DNA of 64,000 nt from Candidatus Latescibacterota bacterium (GTDB taxonomy: Bacteria > Latescibacterota > UBA2968 > GCA-2709665), in the NCBI GenBank assembly GCA_965205485.1, contig OZ242180.1, positions 192,001 to 256,000 on the forward strand, given 5' to 3'. The notes beneath the pieces were generated by a model. That model worked only from the letters and a program-made list of their open reading frames with translations. It searched no databases and was not told where the DNA came from. The translations under genes and the position numbers were made by a program. Below are positions 18,814 to 28,980 of the stretch, piece after piece; the first letter of the stretch is position 1, and each line of letters starts with the position of its first letter.

Positions 18814-20667
18814 CTAACTGGAATACGCCGCCTCGACGCTGTCACGGTACTGTTCCAGAATCGCCCCCGGAACCACCTTCTTCAGGCCCCGCGTCAGCGT
18901 ACCCGCCTCCTCGCTGAGCGCGTCGGGCAGCACGAGAATCCTCTGGGGACGCTCGTGTCCGGGCAGGCCGGCGGCGGTCGCTTCGTTCAGCAGGAGTTCC
19001 CGCAGTCGATCCGCCACGCCCGAATGCCTGCGTACGGCGTCATCGTCCTCCGGCAGGTCCTGGATATCGGATAACGTCCTCGCCTCCTCGACGTTTACCG
19101 TGACAACGGGCATGGGAAAGGACCCGCTCTGATCGCCGTAGATAATCACGTGTTCCACAAGCGATACGCGTGCATACAGTCGTTCGAGCATTTCGGGATT
19201 CACGAACTCCCCGTTGCTGAGTTTGAACTGCCGCCCCAGGCGACCCCGAAACGTCAGGTAACCGTCACCGTCGATGCTGAAGAGGTCCCCCGTCCGATAC
19301 CACGTTTTGCCGGCTTCGTCCGTCACCAGCGTCTCCGCGGTACGATCCGGGTCGTTGAGATATTTGCGCATCACGTGGGACCCGTGCACCCAGAGCTCAC
19401 CCTCTTTTCCGTTGCTGTCATGGTAGGTGTGCGTGGCAGGATCTCCGGACCCGACTTCCTCGCCCTCTTCCGTGATCAGCTTCACTTCCTGCAGCGGCCT
19501 TCCCACCGTACCGGTCTTCTGTGCTTCCAGCGTATTGACCGCGATCAGCGGACAACACTCGGTGGTGCCGTACCCCTCGAGCGAGTTGATATCCAGCACG
19601 TCCTGGAAGAAATCCAGCGCCTCCGGGTCCGCCTTGGCAGAGCCCACGATCAGAAGTTCCAGCCGTCCACCCACGCGCTGGGACAGCTTCTCCTTTATCG
19701 CGGCGACGACCTTCTTTCCGATCAGTCCGTACACGGCCCGGTCCCCGACGGACGACGTACCCCTGGAGATGTTTCGCTTGGCCCGTACCGCGCGCTCCAC
19801 GAGACGGCCCTTCAATCCACCGGCGTCAATTTCCTTTCGCACGTTTCCGTATACCTTGTCCAGAATCAGGGGCACGGTGAGGAAGCCGTGCGGCTCGGAA
19901 TAGCGAATATCCACCAGCACCCGGTCCGGCGAACGCGCGAGATCCAGGGTCCAGCCTTTCATCAGGGGATAATAGATATTCAGGATTCCCATGGTATGGT
20001 AGTCCGGCGCGGACTTGAACAGAACCGGTTGTTCACGGAGAGAGATCCCGTCCCATACCGACCTGACGTTGTCCACCAGGTTGCGATGGGTCTGCACCAC
20101 GCCCTTGGGCAAGCCAGACGAACCCGATGTGTAGACCACCTTCGACTCGTCGTCCGGGTAAATCTCCACGTCGGGAGGAGGCGCCTCGCCTCCGTCCTGA
20201 ACCAGGGCGAAAAACGACCGGATGTCGTCGGACTGGCCCTCCGTCAGGATCAGTTTCGGAGATTTCGCCAGACCCGGCAGCACCCGATCCACCTGTTCGC
20301 GGCTCCTGCTGTCCAGGAAGAGCACCTCGAGGCCCGAATGCTCGATCATGTATTTGAGAATATCGTCCGGAAGCTTGTTGCAAAGCGGCACGGAAGACAA
20401 CCCCAGCATATCCGCCGCCAGGAAAATCAGCACCGGCTCGAGACCGCCGTCCGTCAGTATCCCCACGCGGTCGCCCTTTGCGTAACCGGCGCGAGCCAGT
20501 CCGGAGGCCAGCCGGTCCCGCTGTTCGCGGAGCTGCGCGTAGGTCATCGGAACGTAGCGCAAGCCCCGTTCGCCCTGCTGATCGGACTGCCTCAGAACGC
20601 GCACGGCGGTCCGATCCGCGTGCTCCGTGAAGCTCTCGTTCATCAGGTCTTTGAGTGTCCGATTCAT
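18814..20667 (-). CDS. Long-chain acyl-CoA synthetase (AMP-binding)
   Basis: YTSGSSGLPKG, EGYGTTE, YRTGD and KLSNGEFV motifs. Likely start MNRTL. Confidence 0.88.
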   Translation of the reverse strand: MNRTLKDLMNESFTEHADRTAVRVLRQSDQQGERGLRYVPMTYAQLREQRDRLASGLARAGYAKGDRVGILTDGGLEPVLIFLAADMLGLSSVPLCNKLPDDILKYMIEHSGLEVLFLDSRSREQVDRVLPGLAKSPKLILTEGQSDDIRSFFALVQDGGEAPPPDVEIYPDDESKVVYTSGSSGLPKGVVQTHRNLVDNVRSVWDGISLREQPVLFKSAPDYHTMGILNIYYPLMKGWTLDLARSPDRVLVDIRYSEPHGFLTVPLILDKVYGNVRKEIDAGGLKGRLVERAVRAKRNISRGTSSVGDRAVYGLIGKKVVAAIKEKLSQRVGGRLELLIVGSAKADPEALDFFQDVLDINSLEGYGTTECCPLIAVNTLEAQKTGTVGRPLQEVKLITEEGEEVGSGDPATHTYHDSNGKEGELWVHGSHVMRKYLNDPDRTAETLVTDEAGKTWYRTGDLFSIDGDGYLTFRGRLGRQFKLSNGEFVNPEMLERLYARVSLVEHVIIYGDQSGSFPMPVVTVNVEEARTLSDIQDLPEDDDAVRRHSGVADRLRELLLNEATAAGLPGHERPQRILVLPDALSEEAGTLTRGLKKVVPGAILEQYRDSVEAAYSS

Positions 20668-20821
20668 ATCCGTATGTCTCCTTTTTTCAGGCTCCGGTGT
20701 TGGATCCTCCCTCAGGATCGCGGGCGTCAGCCGATCTGACAACCATTCCCGGAGCCGCGTCATAACCCGTCGCTCTATGATGACGCTCAATGTCGTCCCG
20801 TCGTGGACCGACAAGCGTGCT

Positions 20822-20850
20822 AATATAACCATGCGTCCGGGCCGCCGCAA
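20822..20850 (-). promoter_or_regulatory. Sigma70-type promoter for the acyl-CoA synthetase
   Basis: TTGCGG-17bp-TATATT on the minus strand. Confidence 0.5.
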
Positions 20851-20860
20851 TTGTTTCCCG

Positions 20861-21292
20861 TCATTTGATATCGTCGTGCGCCGGACGAAAGGCCAATTGC
20901 GTCTTGCGGTCATCGCCTTCGCCGCGATGCAGGTAAATCGCGTCTACCGGTACGCCGATTTCGATGGATTCCGGGTTCCGGGAATCGACGCCTTCAATGC
21001 GGGCGACGACTCTGGGACCCTCGTCCAGTTTGACGACGCCGGTACAATAGGGGTTTTCGCGATCGAAGCCCTCCTCCTGCATGGCAGGCGGACCGATGGA
21101 TATGCTTGTGATGGCAACGAGCCTGCCGGCGCCCTTCATTCGGGCCCACTGCATGTCCGTGTGATGACATTCCGCGCACAGCGGACGGGGCGGAACGAAT
21201 GTGGCCCCGCAGCGGCCGCACGTGGACCCCATCAGCTTCTTCTTGCCGAGGAACGCTTCGAACCCGTAATCGCTGATCGGGGGAGTTGTCAC
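20861..21292 (-). CDS. DUF35 Zn-ribbon/OB-fold protein (thiolase partner)
   Basis: CGRCG...PPRPLCAEC followed by PYCTGVVKLDEG. Adjacent to the thiolase. Confidence 0.9.
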   Translation of the reverse strand: MTTPPISDYGFEAFLGKKKLMGSTCGRCGATFVPPRPLCAECHHTDMQWARMKGAGRLVAITSISIGPPAMQEEGFDRENPYCTGVVKLDEGPRVVARIEGVDSRNPESIEIGVPVDAIYLHRGEGDDRKTQLAFRPAHDDIK

Positions 21293-21295
21293 TCT

Positions 21296-22561
21296 CTATC
21301 GCCTTTCAAGGATCGTAAACGTGCTTGTGCCGCCGGTGCCGCCGAGGTTATGCGCCGCGCCCAGGCGCAGGTCCCCGTTCGGCACCTGTCGCGCGCCGGC
21401 CTGTTGCCTCAGCTGTTCCCATACCTCGATCAACTGCGCGATACCCGTCGCTCCCACGGGATGACCCTTGCATTTCAGCCCGCCGGAGGTGTTGATCGGC
21501 TTCGGCCCGTCCAGCCGGGTCGCACCCTCGCCGGCGGCCCTGCATCCGTCACCCGGGCCGAAGAAGCCGAGATCCTCGATGTGCAGGATCTCCGCGATGG
21601 AAAAGCAGTCGTGCACCTCAGCGAACTGTATGTCCGCGGGACCGAGGTCCGCCATGGCATAGGCTTCCCGGGCCGCCCGGCGCGTGGCCTCGAAGCTCGT
21701 CAGATCCGGCGCGGCGTGGAGTCCCCTTCCGCTGCCCTGGCCAAGGCCCGCCACGTAAAGGGGATCGTCTGTAAACTGCCTGGCCATCTCTTCACCGACC
21801 AGAAGAATACACCCGGCGCCGTCGCTGATGGGACAGCAATCGAACAGATGCATGGGCCAGGCGACCGGCGGGTTGACGCCTGGGTCGCGCAGGAAGTCCT
21901 TTTCATCCTCCCATCGCGGCGCCGGATTGCCGATCGCTTTCGCGCGCGCTACCTTCGATTCCATTATCTCGGCGATTGAAGCGCGGAACTGCGCTTTCGG
22001 ATTCAGCGGCGCATTGTCATGGCTCTTGATCGTCACGTCCATCAGGTGCTCGCGCGTCGCTCCGTACTTATGGAAGTACGCCGTCGCGATCGCGCCGAAT
22101 ACGCCCGGAAAAGTGAAGCCTGACTTTCGCTCGTAGGGTACCGCCGCGGACGCCAGGCCCTCCGCCACGTCGGCCGTGGAGCGTTTCGACATATCCTCCA
22201 CGCCGCCCACCAGGACCATATCGTAGAATCCCGACGCGACGGCAAAGACGCCTTCCCGGAAGGCGATTGCGCTGGAGGCGCATGCGCCCTCCGTGCGGGT
22301 CGCAGGTCTGGGAACCAGGCCCAGCGCGTCGACGAGAATGGCGCCCCAGTGGGACTGATGCACGAAGAAGTCGTTCGTGAAATTGCCGATATAGAGCGCA
22401 TCGATATCGCCGGGATCCACACCCTTGTCCACCGATTCGATCATGGCGCGAAAGGCGTCCACGAACAGGTCCCTGGAATCCCGTTCCCGGAACATGCCGA
22501 ACGGTGACATCCCGGCGCCCACAACTGCGACACCGCGCCCCAGTTTTCGTTTCTTGATCAT
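21296..22561 (-). CDS. Thiolase, SCP-x/archaeal-type acetyl-CoA C-acyltransferase
   Basis: EGACASS, DCCPISDGA, EVHDCF, NTSGGL..KGHPVGATG and HNLGG motifs. Confidence 0.92.
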   Translation of the reverse strand: MIKKRKLGRGVAVVGAGMSPFGMFRERDSRDLFVDAFRAMIESVDKGVDPGDIDALYIGNFTNDFFVHQSHWGAILVDALGLVPRPATRTEGACASSAIAFREGVFAVASGFYDMVLVGGVEDMSKRSTADVAEGLASAAVPYERKSGFTFPGVFGAIATAYFHKYGATREHLMDVTIKSHDNAPLNPKAQFRASIAEIMESKVARAKAIGNPAPRWEDEKDFLRDPGVNPPVAWPMHLFDCCPISDGAGCILLVGEEMARQFTDDPLYVAGLGQGSGRGLHAAPDLTSFEATRRAAREAYAMADLGPADIQFAEVHDCFSIAEILHIEDLGFFGPGDGCRAAGEGATRLDGPKPINTSGGLKCKGHPVGATGIAQLIEVWEQLRQQAGARQVPNGDLRLGAAHNLGGTGGTSTFTILERR

Positions 22562-22574
22562 ACGGGATACGCCT

Positions 22575-24140
22575 TTAGATCACCCTGCTCTCCCTGCCAC
22601 CCCAATACGGCGCCCTGATCAGATTCTTGACGACCTTGCCGTAGTTGTTTTTTGGCAGTTCCTCGACGAAATCCACGGACCCCGGTTTCTTGAAGCTGGC
22701 GATCCGCCCTTTGCAGAAGTCGATCAGCTCCTCACCGGACACGTCGCGCCCGGGCGCTTTGACGACGACCGCCTTGACGGCCTCTCCCCACTCGGGATGG
22801 GGCACGCCGATGACCGCAACCTCGAAAACGGCCGGATGCCGGATGAGCACCTCTTCGATCTCGCGGGGGTAGATGTTCTCGCCGCCGCTGATGATCAGGT
22901 CCTTGGAGCGATCGAGCAGAAAAACGTAGCCGTCTTCGTCCATGTACCCAACGTCGCCTGTATGGAGCCAGCCGTCTTTCAGAGCGGCCGCCGTGGCGCC
23001 CGGATTGTGCCAGTATCCCTTCATGACGAGGTCCGAGCGGGTAACGATCTCGCCGATGGCGCCCGGCGGGAGTTCAAAGTCCTCTTTGTCCAGGATCCTG
23101 ATTTCGACGTCGGTGCGCGCAAAACCCACAGAACTGAGTCTCTTCATCTGTTGCGGGGTACCGTTCAAAACGTGGTCGCGGTGGGGCAGGCAGGTGATCG
23201 TCATTGGAGATTCGCCCTGACCGTACAGCTGCACCAGGCACGGCCCCAGCTTTTCGATGGCAACCCGGAGGTCATCGGCCAGCATCGGTCCGCCACCGTA
23301 GTTGAGGATCTTCAGCGATCGCAAATCGTACCGGTGCAGCGAAGGGCTCTCCGCCATACGTTTGACCATCGTCGGCGCCGCGAACATGTTCGTTACACGA
23401 TACCTCTCGATCGCCTCCAGGACGTTCTCGACGTCAAACGAAACAGTCTCCGGAATGACGTTGGCCGCGGCCTTGCCGACGTTGGGCAGGGCGTACAGGC
23501 CGCTCCCGTGGGACAGCGGCGCCGCGTGCAGGGCCACGTCGTCCGGACCGAAACCCTGGCAGATGTCCGAATAGAAGTTCATCGTCATCGCCAGCAGATT
23601 GCGGTGCGTCAGGAGCGCCCCCTTTGGCTGAGCTGTGGTTCCGGACGTGTAGAACACCCACGCCACGTCGTCGGAGTCCACGTCCGCATCGTCAAATCCG
23701 GCGCTTTCCGCGCGGATCAACGTCTCATAGTCCAGCATTCTCTCGTGTGCATCCGCGATGGTGACGACGTTCCGTACACGGGGCAGGCGCTCCCTGATCT
23801 GCGAGACCGGCGCGTTGAATTCGGAAGAGATGATAACCAGTTCAGATTCCGAATGGTCGATGACGAACGCGTATTCATTGGCATGCAGACGGAAATTGAT
23901 CGGCACGGCCGCGGCGCCGACCTTGAAACACGCGAACATGGATTCGAGCATTTCCGGGAGATTCTGCATGAGGATAGCGACGTGGTCTCCGCGGCGGACG
24001 CCCATCCTGCCAAGTGCGTGCGCCAGCCGGTTCACGCGCTCGTTGAACAGGGCGTAGGTCCACCGCCCGGGACCGCACGCCACGGCCAGATTCTGAGGAT
24101 ACGTGCGCGCGGATTTCGTCAGCAGCGTGCCGATGTTCAT
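22575..24140 (-). CDS. Acyl-CoA synthetase (AMP-forming)
   Basis: YTSGTTAQPKG, YGQGE, LHTGD and SGGENIYPREIE motifs. Start MNIGT. Confidence 0.92.
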   Translation of the reverse strand: MNIGTLLTKSARTYPQNLAVACGPGRWTYALFNERVNRLAHALGRMGVRRGDHVAILMQNLPEMLESMFACFKVGAAAVPINFRLHANEYAFVIDHSESELVIISSEFNAPVSQIRERLPRVRNVVTIADAHERMLDYETLIRAESAGFDDADVDSDDVAWVFYTSGTTAQPKGALLTHRNLLAMTMNFYSDICQGFGPDDVALHAAPLSHGSGLYALPNVGKAAANVIPETVSFDVENVLEAIERYRVTNMFAAPTMVKRMAESPSLHRYDLRSLKILNYGGGPMLADDLRVAIEKLGPCLVQLYGQGESPMTITCLPHRDHVLNGTPQQMKRLSSVGFARTDVEIRILDKEDFELPPGAIGEIVTRSDLVMKGYWHNPGATAAALKDGWLHTGDVGYMDEDGYVFLLDRSKDLIISGGENIYPREIEEVLIRHPAVFEVAVIGVPHPEWGEAVKAVVVKAPGRDVSGEELIDFCKGRIASFKKPGSVDFVEELPKNNYGKVVKNLIRAPYWGGRESRVI

Positions 24141-24329
24141 GGGCAACCTAAATTCCTGAGAGATCGATCTACACGGCAGACGCAGAAGCGTCTCAATCAC
24201 TCGAGGGACCGGTCCCGATCGGAATCTTACCGCAAGGGAGCAACCGATTCAACCGTATATACAGAAAATGCCTCAGCCAGAAAAGGAAATTCAAGGCGTG
24301 AGGCATCGAAACGTTATGCTCTCGGACTG

Positions 24330-25391
24330 TTATGCGGCAGGGATCATGGTGATGCAGACCGGCTGCGGCGTCTCGACCTGTTGTCCGGTGGCCGTGAGTT
24401 TCCCCGTCTGTCCGTCGATTCGATACGTGACGATGTTGTCTGTATTCTGATTGGCGGCGAAAAGGAACCGTCCGGAGGGATCCAGCGCGAAATTACGCGG
24501 AAACTCGCCGCGGGTCGACTCGTGGTCCACGACCGATAACCTCCCCGTACCTGAGTCGACTTCAAATATGACGATACTGTCGTGCCCCCGGTTCGAGCCG
24601 TACACGAAGCGCCCGTCCGGCGACACGTGGATATCCGCACAATAGCTGGTATCGGTGAAGTCCGGGGGCAACGTGGAGATTACCTGGGCCGTCTCCAGGA
24701 CCCCTCGATCTTCATCGTACGCGTACGTCACGGCCGTATTGTCCAGCTCATTGATCAGGTATGCGCGTTTCCGGTTGGGATGAAACGCGAAGTGCCTGGG
24801 TCCGGCGCCCGCCTGAACATCCACCCCGGGGGGATCGTTCGGCGCTATCGTCTGCTTCTCCGCATCCAGCCGGTAGACCAGCACTTTATCGATGCCCAGG
24901 TCCGCTGAGACAGCGAAGCGATTGCCCGGATCGATGGTGATGGAATGCGCATGCGGCCCCTGCTGTCTGCCCGGATTCACGCTGGAACCTTCGTGCTGAA
25001 AAACGGAAGTGGCCTCGCCCAGACTGCCGTCGTCCAGGATGGGCAGCGCCGCCACGCCGCCGCTGGAATAATTGGCCACCAACACCACCCGACCGGTTGC
25101 GTCCACGCTCACGTGACAGGGACCGGCGCCCATGCTGGACTGATGGTTCAGCGAACCCAATGCGCCGGTGGCCCGATCGATCTCGAACGCATGTATCGCC
25201 CCTCCGTCATCGACTTCCGCTACAGAGTAAAGGAACCTGTTCGACGGGTGGACGGCCTGGAATGAAGGATTCTTCACGTCCGAAACCGTACTTTGGAGCG
25301 CCAGGTCACCCGTGGACAGGTCCAGACGGTAGACCGAAATGCCGGTACCGCCCACGTAAAACCACATTGATTCCACCTGCTGTCGTGTCAT
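24330..25391 (-). CDS. Lactonase family beta-propeller (6-phosphogluconolactonase-like)
   Basis: ANYSSG, PHAH, GPRH, SNRGHDS and PRNF motifs. Confidence 0.9.
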   Translation of the reverse strand: MTRQQVESMWFYVGGTGISVYRLDLSTGDLALQSTVSDVKNPSFQAVHPSNRFLYSVAEVDDGGAIHAFEIDRATGALGSLNHQSSMGAGPCHVSVDATGRVVLVANYSSGGVAALPILDDGSLGEATSVFQHEGSSVNPGRQQGPHAHSITIDPGNRFAVSADLGIDKVLVYRLDAEKQTIAPNDPPGVDVQAGAGPRHFAFHPNRKRAYLINELDNTAVTYAYDEDRGVLETAQVISTLPPDFTDTSYCADIHVSPDGRFVYGSNRGHDSIVIFEVDSGTGRLSVVDHESTRGEFPRNFALDPSGRFLFAANQNTDNIVTYRIDGQTGKLTATGQQVETPQPVCITMIPAA

Positions 25392-25460
25392 ATCCCGATC
25401 CTCCTGTTAAATCTGTCCCGCCAGGTCCGGCGGTATAACGGGCTGCTTTCTGCCCCTCGA

Positions 25461-26057
25461 TTACGCTCCAGACGGAAGACGCCCGCTGCTCACGGCGCGG
25501 TCGATCAATCCACGGACGTACGTCCACAGAGCAGGTGCCCCCGCTTCGATATGCCGATTCCGCGCAATTACCTGCTCCGAACTGATTCCGTGCTCCTGCC
25601 ACGCGATCCCACCTGATCCGTAGTTCAGCAGGATCGGCTGAAACCGGTCCAGCGCTTCCGCGTATTTCGCCTCGGGAGTCTCGCCCGCCTCGAATTCCTC
25701 CCACAACGCGAACACCTCCCCGGCCAGATCGTCGGGAAGCAGGTTGAAAATCCGGTCGGCCGCAAGGCGCTCTCGTTCCGCCTTATCGACGTGGGCCGCC
25801 TCGTCGTAGGCAAAAGTATCTCCGGCGTCGATCTCAACGACGTCGTGAAGCAGCAGCATTTTCACGACTCGCGCGAGATCCACCTCTTCCCTTGCATATT
25901 CGGACAGCAGTACGGCCATCGCGGCCAGGTGCCACGAATGCTCCGCGCTGTTCTCCCGGCGTTTTCCGTCGATCAGGTACGTCCGCCGGAGTACCTGCTT
26001 CAGCTTGTCGATCTCGACGATAAAGGCGATCTGTCGTTCAAGCCTGTCGGCATCCAT
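25461..26057 (-). CDS. HD-domain hydrolase
   Basis: ENSAEHSWH, LHDVVEIDAGD and ALDR motifs. Confidence 0.9.
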   Translation of the reverse strand: MDADRLERQIAFIVEIDKLKQVLRRTYLIDGKRRENSAEHSWHLAAMAVLLSEYAREEVDLARVVKMLLLHDVVEIDAGDTFAYDEAAHVDKAERERLAADRIFNLLPDDLAGEVFALWEEFEAGETPEAKYAEALDRFQPILLNYGSGGIAWQEHGISSEQVIARNRHIEAGAPALWTYVRGLIDRAVSSGRLPSGA

Positions 26058-26861
26058 CTATTGACTCGCCTTAGAAGCTGTCTTAGGTGGCAGCGGCCAC
26101 TTCTCGCCGGCCATGAATCCGCCGTCCACGTAGATGTGCTGGCCGGTCACGTAGTCCGAAGCCGCGGATGCCAGAAACACGGCGGTTCCCACCAGGTCGT
26201 CCGGTACGCCCAGCCGCCCGGCCGGAGTCCGGCCCTCGCCCCAGGCCCGCATTGTCGGATCGGACCATAACTTTTCCGTGAGTGGCGTCAGAATGAAACC
26301 GGGGCAGATCGCGTTCACCTGGATATTGTGCGGGCCGAGTTCCAGGGCCTGCGCCTTAGTCAACTGACCGACGGCGCCCTTGGTGGCGGTATAGACCGAC
26401 ACGCCGTGCAGGGCGATTCCAGTGGTCAGGGAGCCGATATTGATGATCTTGCCCTGCTTGCGCGGGATCATGTCTTCGGCGGCCATTTGCGACAGGAAAT
26501 AGAGACCCTTCAAATTCACGTCCATGATCCGGTCGTAATGCGCCTCCGCAACCTCCTGTAGCGGCTCCCGGATATTCATCCCCGCATTGTTCACCAGAAT
26601 GTCGAGTTGCCCATATTGAGCAAGGGTCGTTTCCATCCCCCGCCTGACGACGTCCAGATCCGCCATATCCATTTCGACGGCCAGCGCGTCGCCGCCCGCC
26701 GCCCGTATGGCCGCCACCGTTTCGTCCAGTTGAGAACGGGTCCTGGCCGCGCATACACATCTGGCGCCGTGGGCCGCAAGGCCCTTCGCGATGCCCTGTC
26801 CGATCCCCCTCCCCGCGCCCGTCACCAGCGCGACGCGTCCTTCAAGTGAAAACAGACTCAC
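26058..26861 (-). CDS. SDR oxidoreductase (gluconate 5-dehydrogenase-like)
   Basis: TGAGRGIG, NNAG, YTATK and VDGG motifs. Confidence 0.9.
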   Translation of the reverse strand: MSLFSLEGRVALVTGAGRGIGQGIAKGLAAHGARCVCAARTRSQLDETVAAIRAAGGDALAVEMDMADLDVVRRGMETTLAQYGQLDILVNNAGMNIREPLQEVAEAHYDRIMDVNLKGLYFLSQMAAEDMIPRKQGKIINIGSLTTGIALHGVSVYTATKGAVGQLTKAQALELGPHNIQVNAICPGFILTPLTEKLWSDPTMRAWGEGRTPAGRLGVPDDLVGTAVFLASAASDYVTGQHIYVDGGFMAGEKWPLPPKTASKASQ

Positions 26862-26918
26862 CGCGTCCTCCAGTTCACAACACCCTTCACTCGCGGATAT
26901 CCGCCCATCAACCCCCCG

Positions 26919-27974
26919 TCACGCGGTGGAAAGCACCGCCTGCATCATCGCCTTGATATAGCCGAACTGGAAGGCGAACGCCTGCTCGAAACTTCCCGGC
27001 GCGCTGTGGCCCGGGGCGTGGTCCGGCACGACCATGTGCGGATATCCGACGTCCTTCAGCGCCAGCATCAGCGTGTACATATTCATGTCGCCCTCGTCGG
27101 GCCAGACTTCCTGAAACTTGTTGCGGCCGCCGAAGATATTCCGATAGTGGATCAGGTGGATCTTCTTCCGTTCCCCGAAATAGCGGATGATGTCCGGGAC
27201 CTCCGTGGCGGGATCCTCCACACTCTCCGCCATGCAGCCCAGGCAGAGGTTCAGGCCGTGATAGGGACTTGGACAGATTTCAATGAACCGCTTGAACCCC
27301 TCCGCCCCGCCCAGGACGCGGTCCACGCCCTTGTACCCCGGCGGCAGCCACGGGTCGCATGGGTGGCACGCCATGCGGACCTTGCATTCCTCCGCGACGG
27401 GGATCACCCGCTCCAGGAAGAACGTCACCCGCTCCCAGTTCTCTTCAGCGGTCACCGGCTTGTCGTATCGCGGCGTATCGGCGTCTGCCTTTGAGAGATC
27501 CCACGTGGAATACCGGACGCCTCCTCGGCCCGGCGGCACACTCTCCGTCCGCTGGTTCTCCATTTCGCACAGGAAATACTTGATGGCGGGAATCCCGGCT
27601 TCGGAAGTGGCCCGCACCATCCTGCAGACGCGATCGATCTCTTTCTCCCCCTTCTTCCAGTTCCCCAGCATGTAGTTGGGCACCGATCCGCCGTCTTCGT
27701 TGAACTGATGGAGGGGCAGCGCTACCATTTCCAGATTTACGCCGTAAGAAGCGCACTTCTCGCGTTTCTGTACGAGTTCCTCCGCATCCCAGCCCCGGTC
27801 GCGGTGGAAGGTGATGTCGTTCGCGGCCATATTGTTCACGCCGTGACGCGCGAGAAACGCCAGGTGCTCGTCGGTTGTGTCGAACCGCTGCGTGCCCACG
27901 TGCATGCGGGGATTGTCCGTGTCCCAGAGACCGTGAGGGTCCGACCTGCCGTTATCGGTTGATTCCGCTGCCAT
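26919..27974 (-). CDS. Mannonate dehydratase (UxuA) family protein
   Basis: FLERVIPVAEE, HPCDP, HYRN, DEGD and PDHAP motifs. Strong RBS before MAAEST. Confidence 0.85.
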   Translation of the reverse strand: MAAESTDNGRSDPHGLWDTDNPRMHVGTQRFDTTDEHLAFLARHGVNNMAANDITFHRDRGWDAEELVQKREKCASYGVNLEMVALPLHQFNEDGGSVPNYMLGNWKKGEKEIDRVCRMVRATSEAGIPAIKYFLCEMENQRTESVPPGRGGVRYSTWDLSKADADTPRYDKPVTAEENWERVTFFLERVIPVAEECKVRMACHPCDPWLPPGYKGVDRVLGGAEGFKRFIEICPSPYHGLNLCLGCMAESVEDPATEVPDIIRYFGERKKIHLIHYRNIFGGRNKFQEVWPDEGDMNMYTLMLALKDVGYPHMVVPDHAPGHSAPGSFEQAFAFQFGYIKAMMQAVLSTA

Positions 27975-28056
27975 CAGTAATTCGCCTCCCTCCGGCCCGC
28001 AACGCAACGACTGCGGACCCGTTGAATGCGTTCTGCCAACCGCGCCGTCTCCGACT

Positions 28057-28848
28057 TCACGCGCCTTCCAGCACCCGCCGCATTTCCTCACCATTTGTCC
28101 GGAACCAGTCCATCAGAATGCTGACGTCCGTTCCGATACAGAAGTGTTTCACGCCCATATCCAGATAGCGCCTGGCCTGGTCCGGCGCGCTGATCTCCGC
28201 CCGCGGCGCAACGCCCATTTTCAATGACGTCTCGATGACGAACTTCTCAGCCTCTTTGACTCTCTCGGATCCGTATTCGCCCGGATGGCCGATACTCATC
28301 GAAAAGTCCCCCGGGCCGAACTGTACCATATCCAGGCCGCCCACGGCCAGGATCGCCTCCAGGTTCTCCACCGCCGGCGCTTTTTCGATCATGACGGCGA
28401 TGACGACGTCTTCCATGGCATCGACGAACTCCGGCAGGCCGCCGGCCATCCCGAACCCCATGGTCCGGCGCATGCTCGCCCCGTGCTGCCCCCCGGTCTT
28501 CGGCGTCTCGGCCCGAACCGCGTTCACGCACTCGCGGGCGTCGGAGACGTTCCGCACGTCGGCGAAAAGCACATTCTGGATGCCCGCGCCGATCGCCCGG
28601 GAAGCCAGGTGCGACCTCGGCTCTTGTTCCACCTTGATCATGGATGACATATCGTAGAGTTCGATCGCCCTGGCGAGGTTTTCGAACGTATGCAGGTCGT
28701 ACGGCGCGTATTCCGATACGTATTCCACGTAATCGTACATTCCGGTAAGCCCTACGAGTTCCATGACCGTCGGCCAGGGGCTGTGTACGTGGGTCCCGAT
28801 ACTCGGCTTGTCGGCCTTCAACAACTCACTCAGTTTGTTTCTGCGCAT
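28057..28848 (-). CDS. HpcH/HpaI aldolase family protein
   Basis: VMIEKAPAVENLEAI and FGPGDFS motifs. Confidence 0.88.
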   Translation of the reverse strand: MRRNKLSELLKADKPSIGTHVHSPWPTVMELVGLTGMYDYVEYVSEYAPYDLHTFENLARAIELYDMSSMIKVEQEPRSHLASRAIGAGIQNVLFADVRNVSDARECVNAVRAETPKTGGQHGASMRRTMGFGMAGGLPEFVDAMEDVVIAVMIEKAPAVENLEAILAVGGLDMVQFGPGDFSMSIGHPGEYGSERVKEAEKFVIETSLKMGVAPRAEISAPDQARRYLDMGVKHFCIGTDVSILMDWFRTNGEEMRRVLEGA

Positions 28849-28980
28849 GCGTTAACCTCCGCGTGTATTTCCATCCTGCCGATTTCATTCGATCGCCTTC
28901 ATTTGCCACCAAAGATGACCGGAATCTGTTTCGGTTTGTAAACTTGACGTCGGATTTGCAGGATACCTGTGGGATGTACT

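Noticed and set aside
14622..24539. Long antisense ORFs (e.g. 14622-16370+, 19150-20739+, 20627-21979+, 22425-24539+)
   Set aside because: Shadow frames opposite well-supported genes in high-GC DNA, with no recognisable motifs.
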